A stretch of DNA of 50,355 nt from a virus. The notes beneath the pieces were generated by a model. It worked only from the letters and a program-made list of their open reading frames with translations, had not been told where the DNA came from and made no database searches. Position 1 is the first letter of the stretch; every line of letters begins with the position of its first letter. This document shows positions 42,718-50,355 of this stretch, one piece after another. A program made the position numbers and the translations under genes. The stretch is taken from IMG/VR virus record IMGVR_UViG_3300045988_089750; one strand, 5' to 3'.

Positions 42718-44769
42718 TTATTCTACTTTGAAGTCATCGGTAGTTACTACCAACTTTACAAGCTGGCTAACAACCGGGATAAACTTGTTAATACTTTCTG
42801 CGTTATCCACGAAAATAGGCGCACTAACGTTATGGAACGTGCAAAGGGTATTTATTATGTCAAGCCCGGCATTAACTTTCCCGGCTTGGTTCTTATCCGC
42901 GTATTTTACCCCGTCAATAAGGCAAATGCAATCCGGTTCTTTTTCGCCGTTTACAAGCGTCTTGTACATCTTGAACTGAACCCGGCTAAACAATCCGTTT
43001 ACGCGGCGTTCCACTTCCGTCATACGGGCTTTTATCAAGTCGGCTATTACTATTTCGCAGCCTTGTATTTCGGCGCGTTCCTGCGCCAGTTTTGCGGCTT
43101 CCCCGTTTAGTTCAGCTATGCGCTTTTCGTTGGCTTCTATAATTGCGCGAAGGTTTAGCTTACGTTTTACTTCATCAAGCCGGGCAGTAAGGTTGGCTTT
43201 CCGTTGGCGTATCTCTGTTCTGTTTGCCGTGTCTTCCGCGTTGAAGATTGGAAGTTGTTCGGAAAGTTCCTTTATTTCTTTTTCAAGCGCGACCCATTCC
43301 GGCAGGTCTTCTCCGTTAATATCCGGTTCGGTATTTACGCGGGGATTGTCGTTCAAAACCTTTTGCAACGCTTCACGATCTTCTTTCGCCTTTGTTACGG
43401 CGGTAGTATGGCTGGTTTCCAATTCGGCTAACGCTTTATCTATCCGGCTGGCTTCTTCTTCCTGCGATGCTATCATTTCGTTTAACCGCTGACCGTCCGT
43501 GTTAATTTTGTTAAGGCGTTCTTCCCGGTCTGCGTAGAATTTTTCGCGGGCGGCTTCCCGGTCGGTGTTGTACTTAGCTAATGCTACCGGGTCGGCGCAA
43601 GCGTGCTTGAACAACGGGCAAACAAGGCTTTCCGTAGCGGTAAATTCTTCGGCGTTTACTTTGTACCATCTTTTGCGTAGTTCGTTCTGCATTTGCTTGT
43701 AGCCTTCTATCGTGCTTTGCGTCCGTTTCTTCTCGTTCGTCAAACGGTCGTATTCGCTACGGTAACGGCTGGCTTCGCTGCGTTCGTCGTTTATAACCTG
43801 CTGTAACTTGCGGTCGGCATTATTGTAGGTTTCGTTCTTTTTGAACGCTTCGTTCCTTGCCGTTTCCTTTGCCTTAAATACTAAAGCGTGCTGGCTGCTA
43901 CGTTTGTCATTTATGGCGGTTTGTACCTTAGCGGCAGCTTCATAGGCGATACGGTTGGCTTCCGCTGCTGATGCGGCGGCTTCGTCTATGTCGTTCAATT
44001 CTTTTGTAAGCTGTTCCTTCTCGGTATTAAGGGCGGCATAATCCGGTGTCAGCGGGGTAGCGCGCGTTATTTCGTCAATACGTGTAGGTATCTTTTCCAG
44101 TTCCTTCGTTATCTTCTCCTTTTGCGCTGAAATCTCGCGTTTATAGTCTTCTACGGTTTTCCCGCTAAGCTGTTCTATCAAAGTGGCAAAGGCTGTATTG
44201 CCCTTCGCTATGTCTTCGTAGCTTACTCCCCCGGCAATCTGCAAAAGCATTTCACGTTGTGCCGTCCAATGAAGGGAAAGGAAATAGTAGGGGTTGGTAA
44301 TCATCTTGAAAACGGCTTCGGGTATAATCGCGTTTATACGTTCGTCGTATTCGCTTTTTGTTTTTAATGGGACTCCGTTATAGAAGTAGTCGGTATGGTG
44401 TCCCTTTAACTTCCTTTCCGTCTTTCCCTTCTCTGTTTTCCATTCTTCAACCAATACGCGGCGAAGTTCTACGGTTTCAACGCTTCCCGTTTCGGTATCT
44501 ATTATTTCTAACGTTCCGGCTACTTCGTGTTCAAGGTCGGGAATAAAATTGCCTTCCGCGTCGTTGGTCTTAATTCCGAATTTGCTATCTACATTCCCTT
44601 CGCTGTCTTTGCCCCAAAGAAGCCATGTAAAAGCGTCCATAATGGTAGTTTTTCCCGTACCGTTCCGTCCGCTGATGGTTGTAACTGTGTCGTTAAAGTC
44701 TATAACGACGTTACGCAAGCCTTTGAAATTAGCAAGGCTTAAACGTTTGATGATTGCTTTTTTGCTCAT
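42718..44769 (-). CDS. SMC/SbcC/RecF-like AAA ATPase with long coiled coil
   Basis: N-terminal Walker A (ISGRNGTGKTTIMDA), about 450 aa of coiled coil, and a C-terminal Walker B-like PIFVDNAESI. The start is set at ATG 44769 (MSKKAII), directly after the upstream stop. Confidence 0.8.
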   Translation of the reverse strand: MSKKAIIKRLSLANFKGLRNVVIDFNDTVTTISGRNGTGKTTIMDAFTWLLWGKDSEGNVDSKFGIKTNDAEGNFIPDLEHEVAGTLEIIDTETGSVETVELRRVLVEEWKTEKGKTERKLKGHHTDYFYNGVPLKTKSEYDERINAIIPEAVFKMITNPYYFLSLHWTAQREMLLQIAGGVSYEDIAKGNTAFATLIEQLSGKTVEDYKREISAQKEKITKELEKIPTRIDEITRATPLTPDYAALNTEKEQLTKELNDIDEAAASAAEANRIAYEAAAKVQTAINDKRSSQHALVFKAKETARNEAFKKNETYNNADRKLQQVINDERSEASRYRSEYDRLTNEKKRTQSTIEGYKQMQNELRKRWYKVNAEEFTATESLVCPLFKHACADPVALAKYNTDREAAREKFYADREERLNKINTDGQRLNEMIASQEEEASRIDKALAELETSHTTAVTKAKEDREALQKVLNDNPRVNTEPDINGEDLPEWVALEKEIKELSEQLPIFNAEDTANRTEIRQRKANLTARLDEVKRKLNLRAIIEANEKRIAELNGEAAKLAQERAEIQGCEIVIADLIKARMTEVERRVNGLFSRVQFKMYKTLVNGEKEPDCICLIDGVKYADKNQAGKVNAGLDIINTLCTFHNVSAPIFVDNAESINKFIPVVSQLVKLVVTTDDFKVE

Positions 44770-44770
44770 A

Positions 44771-45451
44771 TTACTGATATTTTTGAAGTGAATAAAATCC
44801 CGCGTCAAGACTTACGGTTATTTTCTCTAATTTCTTCTTTTGGGCTGCATAGGAGCGCGCTATGCTGTTCATGTAGCCCGTAAGGTTTACTATGTAGGTG
44901 CGCTTCTCTATGATGCAGTTTAGGGCTACGTCTAAGACGGCTTCCCAAACTTCCCGTACGCGTTCCGGCTGTACCGCTATTCTGTGCCGGATGATGTATT
45001 CCGTAACTTTTGCTTTACGGCTTTCAATCTCGGTTATTACCATTGAAAAATCCCCCGTTCGGTATGCCTGCAACACAATCGCGCAAAATTGGATGGCATT
45101 CAAATATTCTTCTTGTATGTTGGAAACGCTTTTTTTCTTTCTCAAACGTTCCCTAATCCGTTCTTGGAATGTATTACGGTCTATTAGTTCTATCTGCCCG
45201 CTGGCTGTTTCAACTATACAGTATTTTCGGCTAATCTCGCGCGGGTCTATGTTCTTTTCCGCCGAATAGAGGAAACGTTTAAGGCTTCCGGTGTATTTTT
45301 CCCCGTTATCCGCCTTTAATATCAATGCGTTATTGCATGGTTTCAATATACGCGGTTCTACTCCCCGGCAGTAGCTTCGTATCTGCCTGCTTTCCCTATT
45401 TATTTCGTATTTAGAAAAGCCGGGAATGTTAATCCAAATATTATTAATCAT
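44771..45451 (-). CDS. NUMOD4-motif DNA-binding protein
   Basis: The N-terminal WINIPGFSKYEINRESRQIRS resembles the NUMOD4 motif. The rest is unassigned. Confidence 0.45.
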   Translation of the reverse strand: MINNIWINIPGFSKYEINRESRQIRSYCRGVEPRILKPCNNALILKADNGEKYTGSLKRFLYSAEKNIDPREISRKYCIVETASGQIELIDRNTFQERIRERLRKKKSVSNIQEEYLNAIQFCAIVLQAYRTGDFSMVITEIESRKAKVTEYIIRHRIAVQPERVREVWEAVLDVALNCIIEKRTYIVNLTGYMNSIARSYAAQKKKLEKITVSLDAGFYSLQKYQ

Positions 45452-45470
45452 ATAGCTGTGTTTTAAAAAG

Positions 45471-45755
45471 TTATTTCTTTTTGTTGTCCGCTGCCAGCTT
45501 TAACGCTAAATCAGCGTCAATAATCAGTAGCGCGCCTACTTGCGTTATCGCTTCATCAATCCGTCCGGAAGCCTTCAACCGCGCTGCTGTTGTCTTGGAA
45601 CAACCCAACAGCATTGCAAGCCCTTTCAAGCCGTACACGTAACGCTTTGCCGATTTGGGCTTTTCCGGTTTCTGTGCTGAAACTTCCATACGTTCGCCTA
45701 TCGCGTCCAGAAATTCGCCGAGCGTAAGGTCTATAATTCTTTTCTTAGCATCCAT
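45471..45755 (-). CDS. Helix-turn-helix DNA-binding protein (excisionase/MerR-like)
   Basis: YVYGLKGLAMLLGCSKTTAARLKASGRIDEAITQVG is a typical HTH segment of Bacteroidales mobile-element DNA-binding proteins. Confidence 0.55.
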   Translation of the reverse strand: MDAKKRIIDLTLGEFLDAIGERMEVSAQKPEKPKSAKRYVYGLKGLAMLLGCSKTTAARLKASGRIDEAITQVGALLIIDADLALKLAADNKKK

Positions 45756-45758
45756 AGT

Positions 45759-45980
45759 CTAACTGTTTTCGTCGTCTTTAATGTCCGGCACTGTCTTTGC
45801 CGCTACCTTTATCGAAAGGGCGAAATTCGCGACTACAAGGAATACCGCCCATATAGGCGCGGTTTCGGTGTCAATGCTTAGAAGAATAAAGGAAACGGCG
45901 ACCCAAGCAAGGGTAAGCCAGTTATACCACTTTAGCGGCTTCGTAAATTCAATGCCGAGGGCTTTAAAAATCTTAGTCAT
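45759..45980 (-). CDS. Small membrane protein
   Basis: Two hydrophobic helices (WLTLAWVAVSFILL; IWAVFLVVANFAL). The start is set at ATG 45980; the ORF track extends to 46043 and overlaps the upstream gene. Confidence 0.5.
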   Translation of the reverse strand: MTKIFKALGIEFTKPLKWYNWLTLAWVAVSFILLSIDTETAPIWAVFLVVANFALSIKVAAKTVPDIKDDENS

Positions 45981-46383
45981 AACTGCAAACTTCAAAAGGG
46001 TTATAATCGTTTTCGCCTTTGCGTCTTCCCGTCGTTTTGGCAATCCGTGTTATCTGCGCGTGTCTTCCTACTCTGAAAAAATCGCCGTTTCCGGTAAGTT
46101 CCTTCGGGAGTATAATTAGAAGAAGGGCTACCGCTACGAATGTACGTTTCAACGGGTCAAGGCTTACCGGAACATTATGTTTTGTGCAGAACCACCAAAC
46201 GCAAAGTTCCGTAGCCTTCTGTATGCCTACTTTCGCGTAGATGTTCCGGGCTGTGTTCTCTACTGTGCGGGTCGAAATAAACAGCATGTCCGCTACTTCT
46301 TTCTTGGAAGCTCCCCAGGCCAGCAAGTGCGCTACCTCGGTTTCCCGTCTGCTTAGTTCTACCTTTAACCTCATACGTCCCAA
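45973..46383 (-). CDS. LuxR/GerE-type HTH regulator with C-terminal hydrophobic segment
   Basis: LSRRETEVAHLLAWGASKKEVADMLFISTRTVENTARNIYAKVG matches the LuxR-type HTH pattern. Confidence 0.7.
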   Translation of the reverse strand: MGRMRLKVELSRRETEVAHLLAWGASKKEVADMLFISTRTVENTARNIYAKVGIQKATELCVWWFCTKHNVPVSLDPLKRTFVAVALLLIILPKELTGNGDFFRVGRHAQITRIAKTTGRRKGENDYNPFEVCSYD

Positions 46384-46610
46384 ATATTGGCTGTTATACC
46401 GTATTTGTTGAATACGCCTTCTACGGCTTTAGCCTGCGTTACTTTAGGCTCTATCTTTCCGTCCCGGTATGCGTAGAAGCTATTCCGGTTATTTATGCCC
46501 AAAGCAGCTTTTATTTCCGTTACCGCTATTTTGTAATCGCCTACTCGTAATTGGTTCAACCCGCTAAGGAAGCCCCTGCTTTTTTTCTTATTTTCTGTTG
46601 TTACTACCAT
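46371..46610 (-). CDS. Hypothetical small protein (possible Cro-like regulator)
   Basis: 79-aa ORF early in the leftward operon. The HTH assignment is tentative. Confidence 0.45.
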   Translation of the reverse strand: MVVTTENKKKSRGFLSGLNQLRVGDYKIAVTEIKAALGINNRNSFYAYRDGKIEPKVTQAKAVEGVFNKYGITANIWDV

Positions 46611-46763
46611 AATTGTAAAATTTAAAATTCATAGTGCGCGGGGGAAGGTTCGCCCTTCGTACGCCCGTAGCGTCCCGCGCGCGGTCTGTTTCCGCAGTCA
46701 TCGGTTTATAGCCTTTACAAAGGGGATTCCTTTTCCGCTGGCTTATATATAGTTTCTCTGATT

Positions 46764-46780
46764 TGTATTAAAGTAATACG
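46764..46780. promoter_or_regulatory. 17-bp palindrome site 7 (TGTATTA-AAG-TAATACG, 1 mismatch)
   Basis: Immediately downstream of the stop of 46781..47344. Confidence 0.5.
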
Positions 46781-47344
46781 CTATTCGGAAGAAGAAGCGT
46801 TACCTATCTGTTTGTAGTAGCAGGTATCTTCCATGCTGTCCATGTAGTTAAGCATGCGCAAAAGCCTTTGCAGGTCTTCTGGGCTTAATTCCCGTTCTTC
46901 TTCGTTGTTGTCGTCGCTATGCTTGCCGAATATCCTATGCTTTTGTATGTACGCTTCCGTAAACTCCTTTTGCATCCGCTTCATGTCCTTTGTAAGCTGT
47001 TTGTAGTGCCAATCGTACAAAGCCTGCAATTCTACGTACTGCATTTTGGTTAATTCAACGGTAACGTATCTTCGGTGCTGGTGGTAGCTCATCCGTTTTT
47101 CGTTTGTAACGTTGAAATAGCACTGGGTAAACAAAGTAAATCCGTACCCGTTTTCCTTTACGTTGAAGGTGTACTGCTGTTTTTCTTCCTGTGCTTCTAT
47201 TATTTCTTCCAACGAAACGCCGTATTTAGCTAATAGTTGGTCTAACAAACGCTTTGCGTTCAGTGCTTCGCCTTTCTCGCCGCGTTCCGCAAGGGCTTGT
47301 AGTTTCTGAACCTTGCTTCTAATGCTTTCAAAATCTTTCTTCAT
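46781..47344 (-). CDS. DUF2786-like hypothetical protein
   Basis: The N-terminal IRSKVQKLQALAERGEKGEALNAKRLLDQLLAKYG resembles the DUF2786 pattern. Confidence 0.5.
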   Translation of the reverse strand: MKKDFESIRSKVQKLQALAERGEKGEALNAKRLLDQLLAKYGVSLEEIIEAQEEKQQYTFNVKENGYGFTLFTQCYFNVTNEKRMSYHQHRRYVTVELTKMQYVELQALYDWHYKQLTKDMKRMQKEFTEAYIQKHRIFGKHSDDNNEEERELSPEDLQRLLRMLNYMDSMEDTCYYKQIGNASSSE

Positions 47345-47360
47345 ATAGCTGAATGTTATG

Positions 47361-47585
47361 TTATTTTACATAGAAAGTGACGCGAAGTCCGCGACGCAGG
47401 CAGCACTTAACTTTATCTAATCCTGCTTTTAAAGCACGTGTTACAAACTTATCGGCTAAAGTTTCGCCAATCAATTTCAGAAGTCCGCTAACGCCTACCA
47501 GTTTGTTAATGCGGTTGCCTTCGTTGTCTATTCCGCTTACTTTAATGCGGAAGTTCTTGTTAATGAATTTACTTGTATGTATCAT
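47361..47585 (-). CDS. Hypothetical protein (first gene of the leftward early operon)
   Basis: 74-aa ORF downstream of the consensus leftward promoter. Confidence 0.5.
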   Translation of the reverse strand: MIHTSKFINKNFRIKVSGIDNEGNRINKLVGVSGLLKLIGETLADKFVTRALKAGLDKVKCCLRRGLRVTFYVK

Positions 47586-47625
47586 ATAGCTTTTATAAAT
47601 TTCTGTAAATTAGCGTGTTTTTGTC

Positions 47626-47657
47626 ATTGCTAAGTGTTCGCTTTTTGCTTACCTTTG
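47626..47657 (+). promoter_or_regulatory. Rightward promoter candidate (ATTG-N20-TACCTTTG) for the repressor-like gene
   Basis: TACCTTTG at 47650..47657 matches TAnnTTTG. The -33 element matches 3 of 4 positions. Confidence 0.5.
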
Positions 47658-47679
47658 CAACTGAACAACTAACACAATG

Positions 47680-47711
47680 CAAATGTATAGTAAAAGCATA
47701 CAATATGCAAA
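47680..47711 (-). promoter_or_regulatory. Leftward early promoter (TTTG-N20-TACATTTG, consensus)
   Basis: On the minus strand, TTTG is at 47711..47708 and TACATTTG at 47687..47680. Confidence 0.65.
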
Positions 47712-47766
47712 CTAAAAGTGTTCATATTTTTAGCTGAAAGCCGATTTTTAACTTTTAGAAACAGTT

Positions 47767-48198
47767 ATGTTTATGGAAACAAGTGTAAAAGAGCGACTTA
47801 AACAATTTATAGATACGCTAAATATTAGCGAAAGGGAATTTTGTAGGCGCATTGGCGTGTCTTCCTCTTATGTTATGTCTATAAAAAAGTCTATTCAACC
47901 AGATAAAATGCAAGCTATTAGCATACATTTTCCGGAGCTTAATCCGCTTTGGCTTTTGCTGGGTCAAGGGGAAATGTTGTTGTCTGACGGAAAGAAGGAA
48001 GGCGAACAACGGCAAAATACGGGCGGGTTGCCTTCTTCCGAACTGTTGGCTAAGTTGCTGGAAGAAGCCAATAACGAAAAGGCGCGTTTACTTTCAATTA
48101 TAGAAAGCCAGCAGCGTACAATAGAAAGCCTTACGGAATTAAACAAAAAAGCCAATGCCCAGACGGTGGAACGTGCTGGATGTGCAAATGCCGTTTAG
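47767..48198 (+). CDS. CI-like repressor (XRE-type HTH)
   Basis: KERLKQFIDTLNISEREFCRRIGVSSSYVMSIKK is an HTH segment, and the NPLWLLLGQGEM motif is typical of Bacteroidales phage repressors. The gene is divergent from the early operon. Confidence 0.7.
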   Translation: MFMETSVKERLKQFIDTLNISEREFCRRIGVSSSYVMSIKKSIQPDKMQAISIHFPELNPLWLLLGQGEMLLSDGKKEGEQRQNTGGLPSSELLAKLLEEANNEKARLLSIIESQQRTIESLTELNKKANAQTVERAGCANAV

Positions 48199-48290
48199 TA
48201 TTTGGTCGTAAAGTTCCGAAATTCTAAAAAGGCTTCCATAACATAGTATCACACGCACGTACTTATATTATAATAATATCATACAATCAC

Positions 48291-48307
48291 CGTATTAAAG
48301 TGATACG
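48291..48307. promoter_or_regulatory. 17-bp palindrome site 8 (CGTATTA-AAG-TGATACG)
   Basis: Intergenic between the repressor gene and 48424..48609. Confidence 0.55.
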
Positions 48308-48423
48308 AAAATAAGGCTGTTTTAAGCCCATTTTCGCGTTATTTTATTTTCGCCTTACAACTATACCATTTTGGAACGAAACGCGCTTAAATTGAAAAAT
48401 CAACAAAAATAACTATTAGCTAT

Positions 48424-48609
48424 ATGGTAGAAGTAAATGTAGATAAGTTTTATAGTAATCGGGCTTTGTACCCGTTTATTCCAGCAGTCGTGTTTGACGC
48501 GTTGGAAGCTGCCTATTTGTCCGGGAATGAATGTACCCGAATACCGGAAGGGGAATATAATAAAATGATGTCTGACCTTAAACGTGCGAATTTATGCCCC
48601 GTACAATAG
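48424..48609 (+). CDS. Hypothetical protein
   Basis: 61-aa ORF between the repressor and the integrase region. Confidence 0.4.
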   Translation: MVEVNVDKFYSNRALYPFIPAVVFDALEAAYLSGNECTRIPEGEYNKMMSDLKRANLCPVQ

Positions 48610-48896
48610 CTAAACCTTCGCCTATAAGCGATGGGATAAACCGTCGTTTCTTTGAAGCTATTGAAGCGATTGTTAGTTTGGGTAAGGTTAGCGCGTTGGA
48701 GGCGTTTTGCACGCTTTACGATTTGAGTGCGCCACGTTATAGGGAAATGCGGCTTACTTATGGTGTTTCTCCGAAGCCCGGCTACCAATCACGCTACAAG
48801 AATATAGAAGTAGAAGCGATTTATTCGCTGGTCGTTAATTATCCTATTTCCTCACGCTGGCTTATAACCGGGCGCGGTAAAATGCTTATCGAATAA
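48594..48896 (+). CDS. HTH-like DNA-binding protein adjacent to integrase (possible excision/regulatory factor)
   Basis: INRRFFEAIEAI...SRWLITGRGKM resembles the same repressor-like family. Its stop overlaps the integrase ATG (TAATG). Confidence 0.5.
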   Translation: MPRTIAKPSPISDGINRRFFEAIEAIVSLGKVSALEAFCTLYDLSAPRYREMRLTYGVSPKPGYQSRYKNIEVEAIYSLVVNYPISSRWLITGRGKMLIE

Positions 48897-50203
48897 TGAA
48901 GTTTTCTATTAAGTACCAATTATCGCCGCGAACGGAAGGGGATAGGCTTACGGAAAACGTGCCTATACGCTTACGGGTGTCTTTTGCTGGTATTCGTGTA
49001 GATTTACGTTCCGGCTATGTAATAGACGCGGAAAAGTGGGATAATAATAACGCCTGCGTGAAAGTCGGCGCAAAGAATAGTTTCAACCAAACGGCAGGCG
49101 AAATAAATCGCGCTCTAACAAACCTTTCTTCTATTGTTGAAGAAGTCCTAACCCGGTTTGAACTTGACAACCGCAGAACGCCAACTGCGAAAGAATTTAA
49201 GGCAGCTTTTGATGAAGCAACCGGAAGGAAGAAGAAGGACGTTACGCCGGACTTCTTCACGGTCTTCGACAAATTTGTAGTAGAAGCTGGTACGGCTAAT
49301 AGCTGGGTTCCGGCTACTTATACGAAGTTTAGCAGTTTGCGTAAGCATCTATACGCATATATGCCACAGCAAATACTAAATCTACTAACAAAGGAAAACC
49401 TACAAGGCTTTGTTAAATACCTGCAAGATGCGGGGCAAATGAATACGACCGTAAGCAAGTATATGAGTTATGTACGTTGGTTTCTCCGTTGGGCTTGTAA
49501 TAACGGCTACTATAATGGGCTTTTGCATGAACAATATAAACCGCGTTTCAAGGGGATAGACTGCAAAGAAGTTATCTTCCTTTCATGGGAAGAACTGCAA
49601 CACTTTCTAAACTATCAATTCCCGGAAAACCGCAGTTCTTTGTCGTGCGTACGTGATGTGTTTTGCTTTTGCTGCTTTACTGGGTTGCGCTATTCCGATG
49701 TAGCCCGGCTACGTCCCTGCGATGTCAAACGGACAACAAACAAACCTTTTATATCCATCGTTACTCTGAAAACCGAAGACCGTTTGCATATAGAACTGAA
49801 CAAATACGCGCTTCAAATACTTGACAAATACAAAAACATCAAATTCCCCAAAGGGTTAGCCCTTCCGGTTATCAGCAATGCGAAAATGAACGAATACCTT
49901 AAAGAAGCTGCCGAAATAGCTGGAATAAAAGAACCCGTTAGAATAGTGTTTTTCAAAGGAAACAAACGTTATGAAAATGTATTGCCGAAGTGCGAACTTC
50001 TTACTACTCATAGCGGAAGAAAAACGTTTATCTGCAACGCTATAAGGCTGGGTATTCCAACTAACGTTATTATGGAATGGACGGGACATAGTGATTACAA
50101 AGCAATGAAGCCGTATATAAAAATAGTAGATGCGGTTAAAGAGGAAAACATGTCTAAATTTGACACCTTTTCCGAAGAAGAAAAGGGCAATAGTAAAAAA
50201 TAG
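48896..50203 (+). CDS. int: Tyrosine recombinase / phage integrase
   Basis: Bacteroidales-type integrase with an N-terminal arm-binding region. The catalytic region includes GLRYSD, HSGRKTF and GHSDYKAMKPYIK (R...HxxR...H...Y). Confidence 0.9.
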   Translation: MKFSIKYQLSPRTEGDRLTENVPIRLRVSFAGIRVDLRSGYVIDAEKWDNNNACVKVGAKNSFNQTAGEINRALTNLSSIVEEVLTRFELDNRRTPTAKEFKAAFDEATGRKKKDVTPDFFTVFDKFVVEAGTANSWVPATYTKFSSLRKHLYAYMPQQILNLLTKENLQGFVKYLQDAGQMNTTVSKYMSYVRWFLRWACNNGYYNGLLHEQYKPRFKGIDCKEVIFLSWEELQHFLNYQFPENRSSLSCVRDVFCFCCFTGLRYSDVARLRPCDVKRTTNKPFISIVTLKTEDRLHIELNKYALQILDKYKNIKFPKGLALPVISNAKMNEYLKEAAEIAGIKEPVRIVFFKGNKRYENVLPKCELLTTHSGRKTFICNAIRLGIPTNVIMEWTGHSDYKAMKPYIKIVDAVKEENMSKFDTFSEEEKGNSKK

Positions 50204-50256
50204 AAAACCCGAAAAAGTACCCGAAAATGGCTTTACTATTTGGGTACGGTCGTACC

Positions 50257-50355
50257 CAATCAATAGCGTAAAATCCCGAATATTCGGCTACTTATGAAAA
50301 TGTGACAACAGTTGATTATATTTGAACATCTTGGGCTTAGAGCCGTACGCACCGC
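50257..50355. repeat. Terminal direct repeat, right copy (identical to 1..99)
   Basis: Exact 99-bp identity with the window start. Confidence 0.95.

Larger units (their letters stand above)
1..50355. mobile_element. Complete temperate siphovirus-like phage genome (circular or circularly assembled; unit length 50256 bp)
   Basis: Full set of integrase, repressor, replication, terminase, portal, capsid, tail, tape measure and lysis genes. The two window ends are identical over 99 bp. Confidence 0.85.

Overview
The window is a complete, apparently circular genome of about 50.26 kb from a temperate siphovirus-like phage. Promoter boxes and protein families look Bacteroidales-style. Bases 1..99 repeat exactly at 50257..50355. 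Almost everything is on the minus strand. In order: lysis genes (u-spanin-like lipoprotein, GH108 endolysin, holin), a diversity-generating retroelement (DGR), the tail module, head module, portal, terminase, ParB-methyltransferase, and a long early replication/recombination operon. The plus strand carries the repressor-like gene, the integrase, and a 2.5 kb accessory island that splits the head module. The main finding is the DGR. Its reverse transcriptase (RT, 2289..3323) and a 113-bp template repeat (TR, 3441..3553) match three variable repeats (VRs). One is the canonical adjacent tail-module target (VR1, 3986..4098). The other two are truncated remote VRs (39458..39533 and 42386..42461) inside two paralogous small proteins of the early region that lack signal peptides. 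All 45 TR/VR differences fall on TR adenines. Other points of interest: an iteron/AT-rich origin-like element inside the replisome-organizer gene with a near-identical second copy 16 kb away; a 17-bp palindrome (CGTATTA-N3-TAATACG) at eight gene boundaries; face-to-face switch promoters; a MuF head protein with a long HExxH-bearing extension; and a tail-chaperone frameshift. All functional calls come from motif recognition by eye. No database or HMM search was possible.
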